This document shows positions 48,213 through 48,842 of a stretch of 48,842 nt of DNA, in pieces. How positions within the stretch are numbered: the first letter of the stretch is position 1; each line of letters starts with the position of its first letter. The stretch is from an uncultured Natronomonas sp. (lineage in GTDB: Archaea > Halobacteriota > Halobacteria > Halobacteriales > Haloarculaceae): contig CAZWZX010000001.1 in the NCBI GenBank assembly GCA_964638655.1, positions 1,788 to 50,629 of the forward strand. The letters run 5' to 3'. The notes below the pieces were generated by a model. The model had not been told where the DNA came from and made no database searches. It worked only from the letters and a program-made list of their open reading frames with translations. Both the position numbers and the translations under genes were made by a program.

Positions 48213-48842
48213 TCACTCGCCGTCGAATCGCCGTTTGATCGACTCCCGATCGGTCTTGTTCGTCGAAGTCCGTGGAACGCCGTCGACGAACTCGATCCGC
48301 CGAGGGTACTTGTATTTCGCCTTCTCCGTTTTCACCAGCCGAACGATCTCCTCGCGGAGTTCGTCTTCGTCCCGTTCCGGAGCCGCATCGTCCGCCGCCG
48401 TGACGACCGTGCCACGGCGTTCGTCGGACGTCGCGAACACGACGGCGTCCCGGACGTCCTCGTGTTCCTCGATCTTTCGTTCGACTTCGACCGGGGAGAT
48501 ACGATAGCCGCTCGAGACGATGAGCTCATCGCCGCGGCCCGCAAACCAGAAGAACCCGTCCTCGTCCCGATAGCCGAGATCGCCCGTATCCAGCCAGCCG
48601 TCGATGAACGCCTCGTCCGTCTTTTCCGGCTCGTCCCAGTATTCGAGCATGATCGCGGGATCCGGGCTGGCGACCGCGATCCGACCGGTTTCACCCGCCG
48701 GCAGTCGTTCGCCGGTATCGTCGATGATCGCCACCTCGTGGCCCGGTATCGGGCGGCCGACGGAGGTTCTCCGTCGACCCGTGATTACCGCACTGTTCGT
48801 CGTCAGGAGGTCGGCTTCCGTCTGGCCGAAGTGTTCGTTGAG
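48213..48842 (-). CDS. AMP-binding acyl-CoA synthetase family protein, C-terminal part (5' end outside the window)
   Basis: Frame open to the window edge: NEHFGQTE, SVGRPIPG, WLDTGD, GRGDELI.SSGYRISP.EVE, YKYPRRIEF..PRT.T.K. Confidence 0.92.
   Translation of the reverse strand, partial: LNEHFGQTEADLLTTNSAVITGRRRTSVGRPIPGHEVAIIDDTGERLPAGETGRIAVASPDPAIMLEYWDEPEKTDEAFIDGWLDTGDLGYRDEDGFFWFAGRGDELIVSSGYRISPVEVERKIEEHEDVRDAVVFATSDERRGTVVTAADDAAPERDEDELREEIVRLVKTEKAKYKYPRRIEFVDGVPRTSTNKTDRESIKRRFDGE

Noticed and set aside
48380-48420. Possible short in-frame deletion in the acyl-CoA synthetase (RGTVVTAADD vs typical RGEVVKAFVVL)
   Set aside because: Cannot be judged without an alignment; the frame and the C-terminal Lys are intact
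1-48842. Mobile elements, tRNA/rRNA, defence systems
   Set aside because: No transposase, integrase, terminal repeats or structural-RNA signatures recognised by eye; tRNAscan, Rfam and ISfinder were not run

Overview
GC-rich DNA with acidic proteins, Tat lipoproteins, and TATA boxes about 25-30 nt before many start codons. These features point to a haloarchaeal (Halobacteria) chromosome or megaplasmid segment. The window is almost entirely a nitrogen-compound catabolism region of about 44 genes. Transport and urease: a family-5 (Dpp/Opp) ABC importer with an ArgE/DapE-like M20 hydrolase, a complete urease cluster (ureBCAGDEF), and a PotABCD-like ABC importer whose second permease is frameshifted in a G5 run. 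Oxidation and histidine use: a CDA-family deaminase, an IclR regulator, a xanthine-dehydrogenase-family Mo-hydroxylase with two different large subunits but only one FAD and one 2Fe-2S subunit (plus CoxG), and hutU-hutI-hutH with no hutG, under a divergent HTH-10 regulator. Other enzymes: two N-carbamoyl-amino-acid hydrolases, two dihydroorotase-like cyclic amidohydrolases, asparaginase, Rid, MBL, CMD, CapA-like and SelA-like proteins, class I and III aminotransferases, a 2-hydroxyacid dehydrogenase and a partial acyl-CoA synthetase. Most notable: (1) an unlisted 52-aa His-bearing single-TM ORF at the head of the urease operon; (2) a halocyanin-like lipoprotein that has lost three of four Cu ligands; (3) the two-large-subunit Mo enzyme; (4) a hutG-less hut operon beside enzyme families that could form a hydantoin/N-carbamoyl route. 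Item 4 is a hypothesis only. I found no rRNA, tRNA, CRISPR array or IS element by eye. All family calls come from motif recognition, not database searches.
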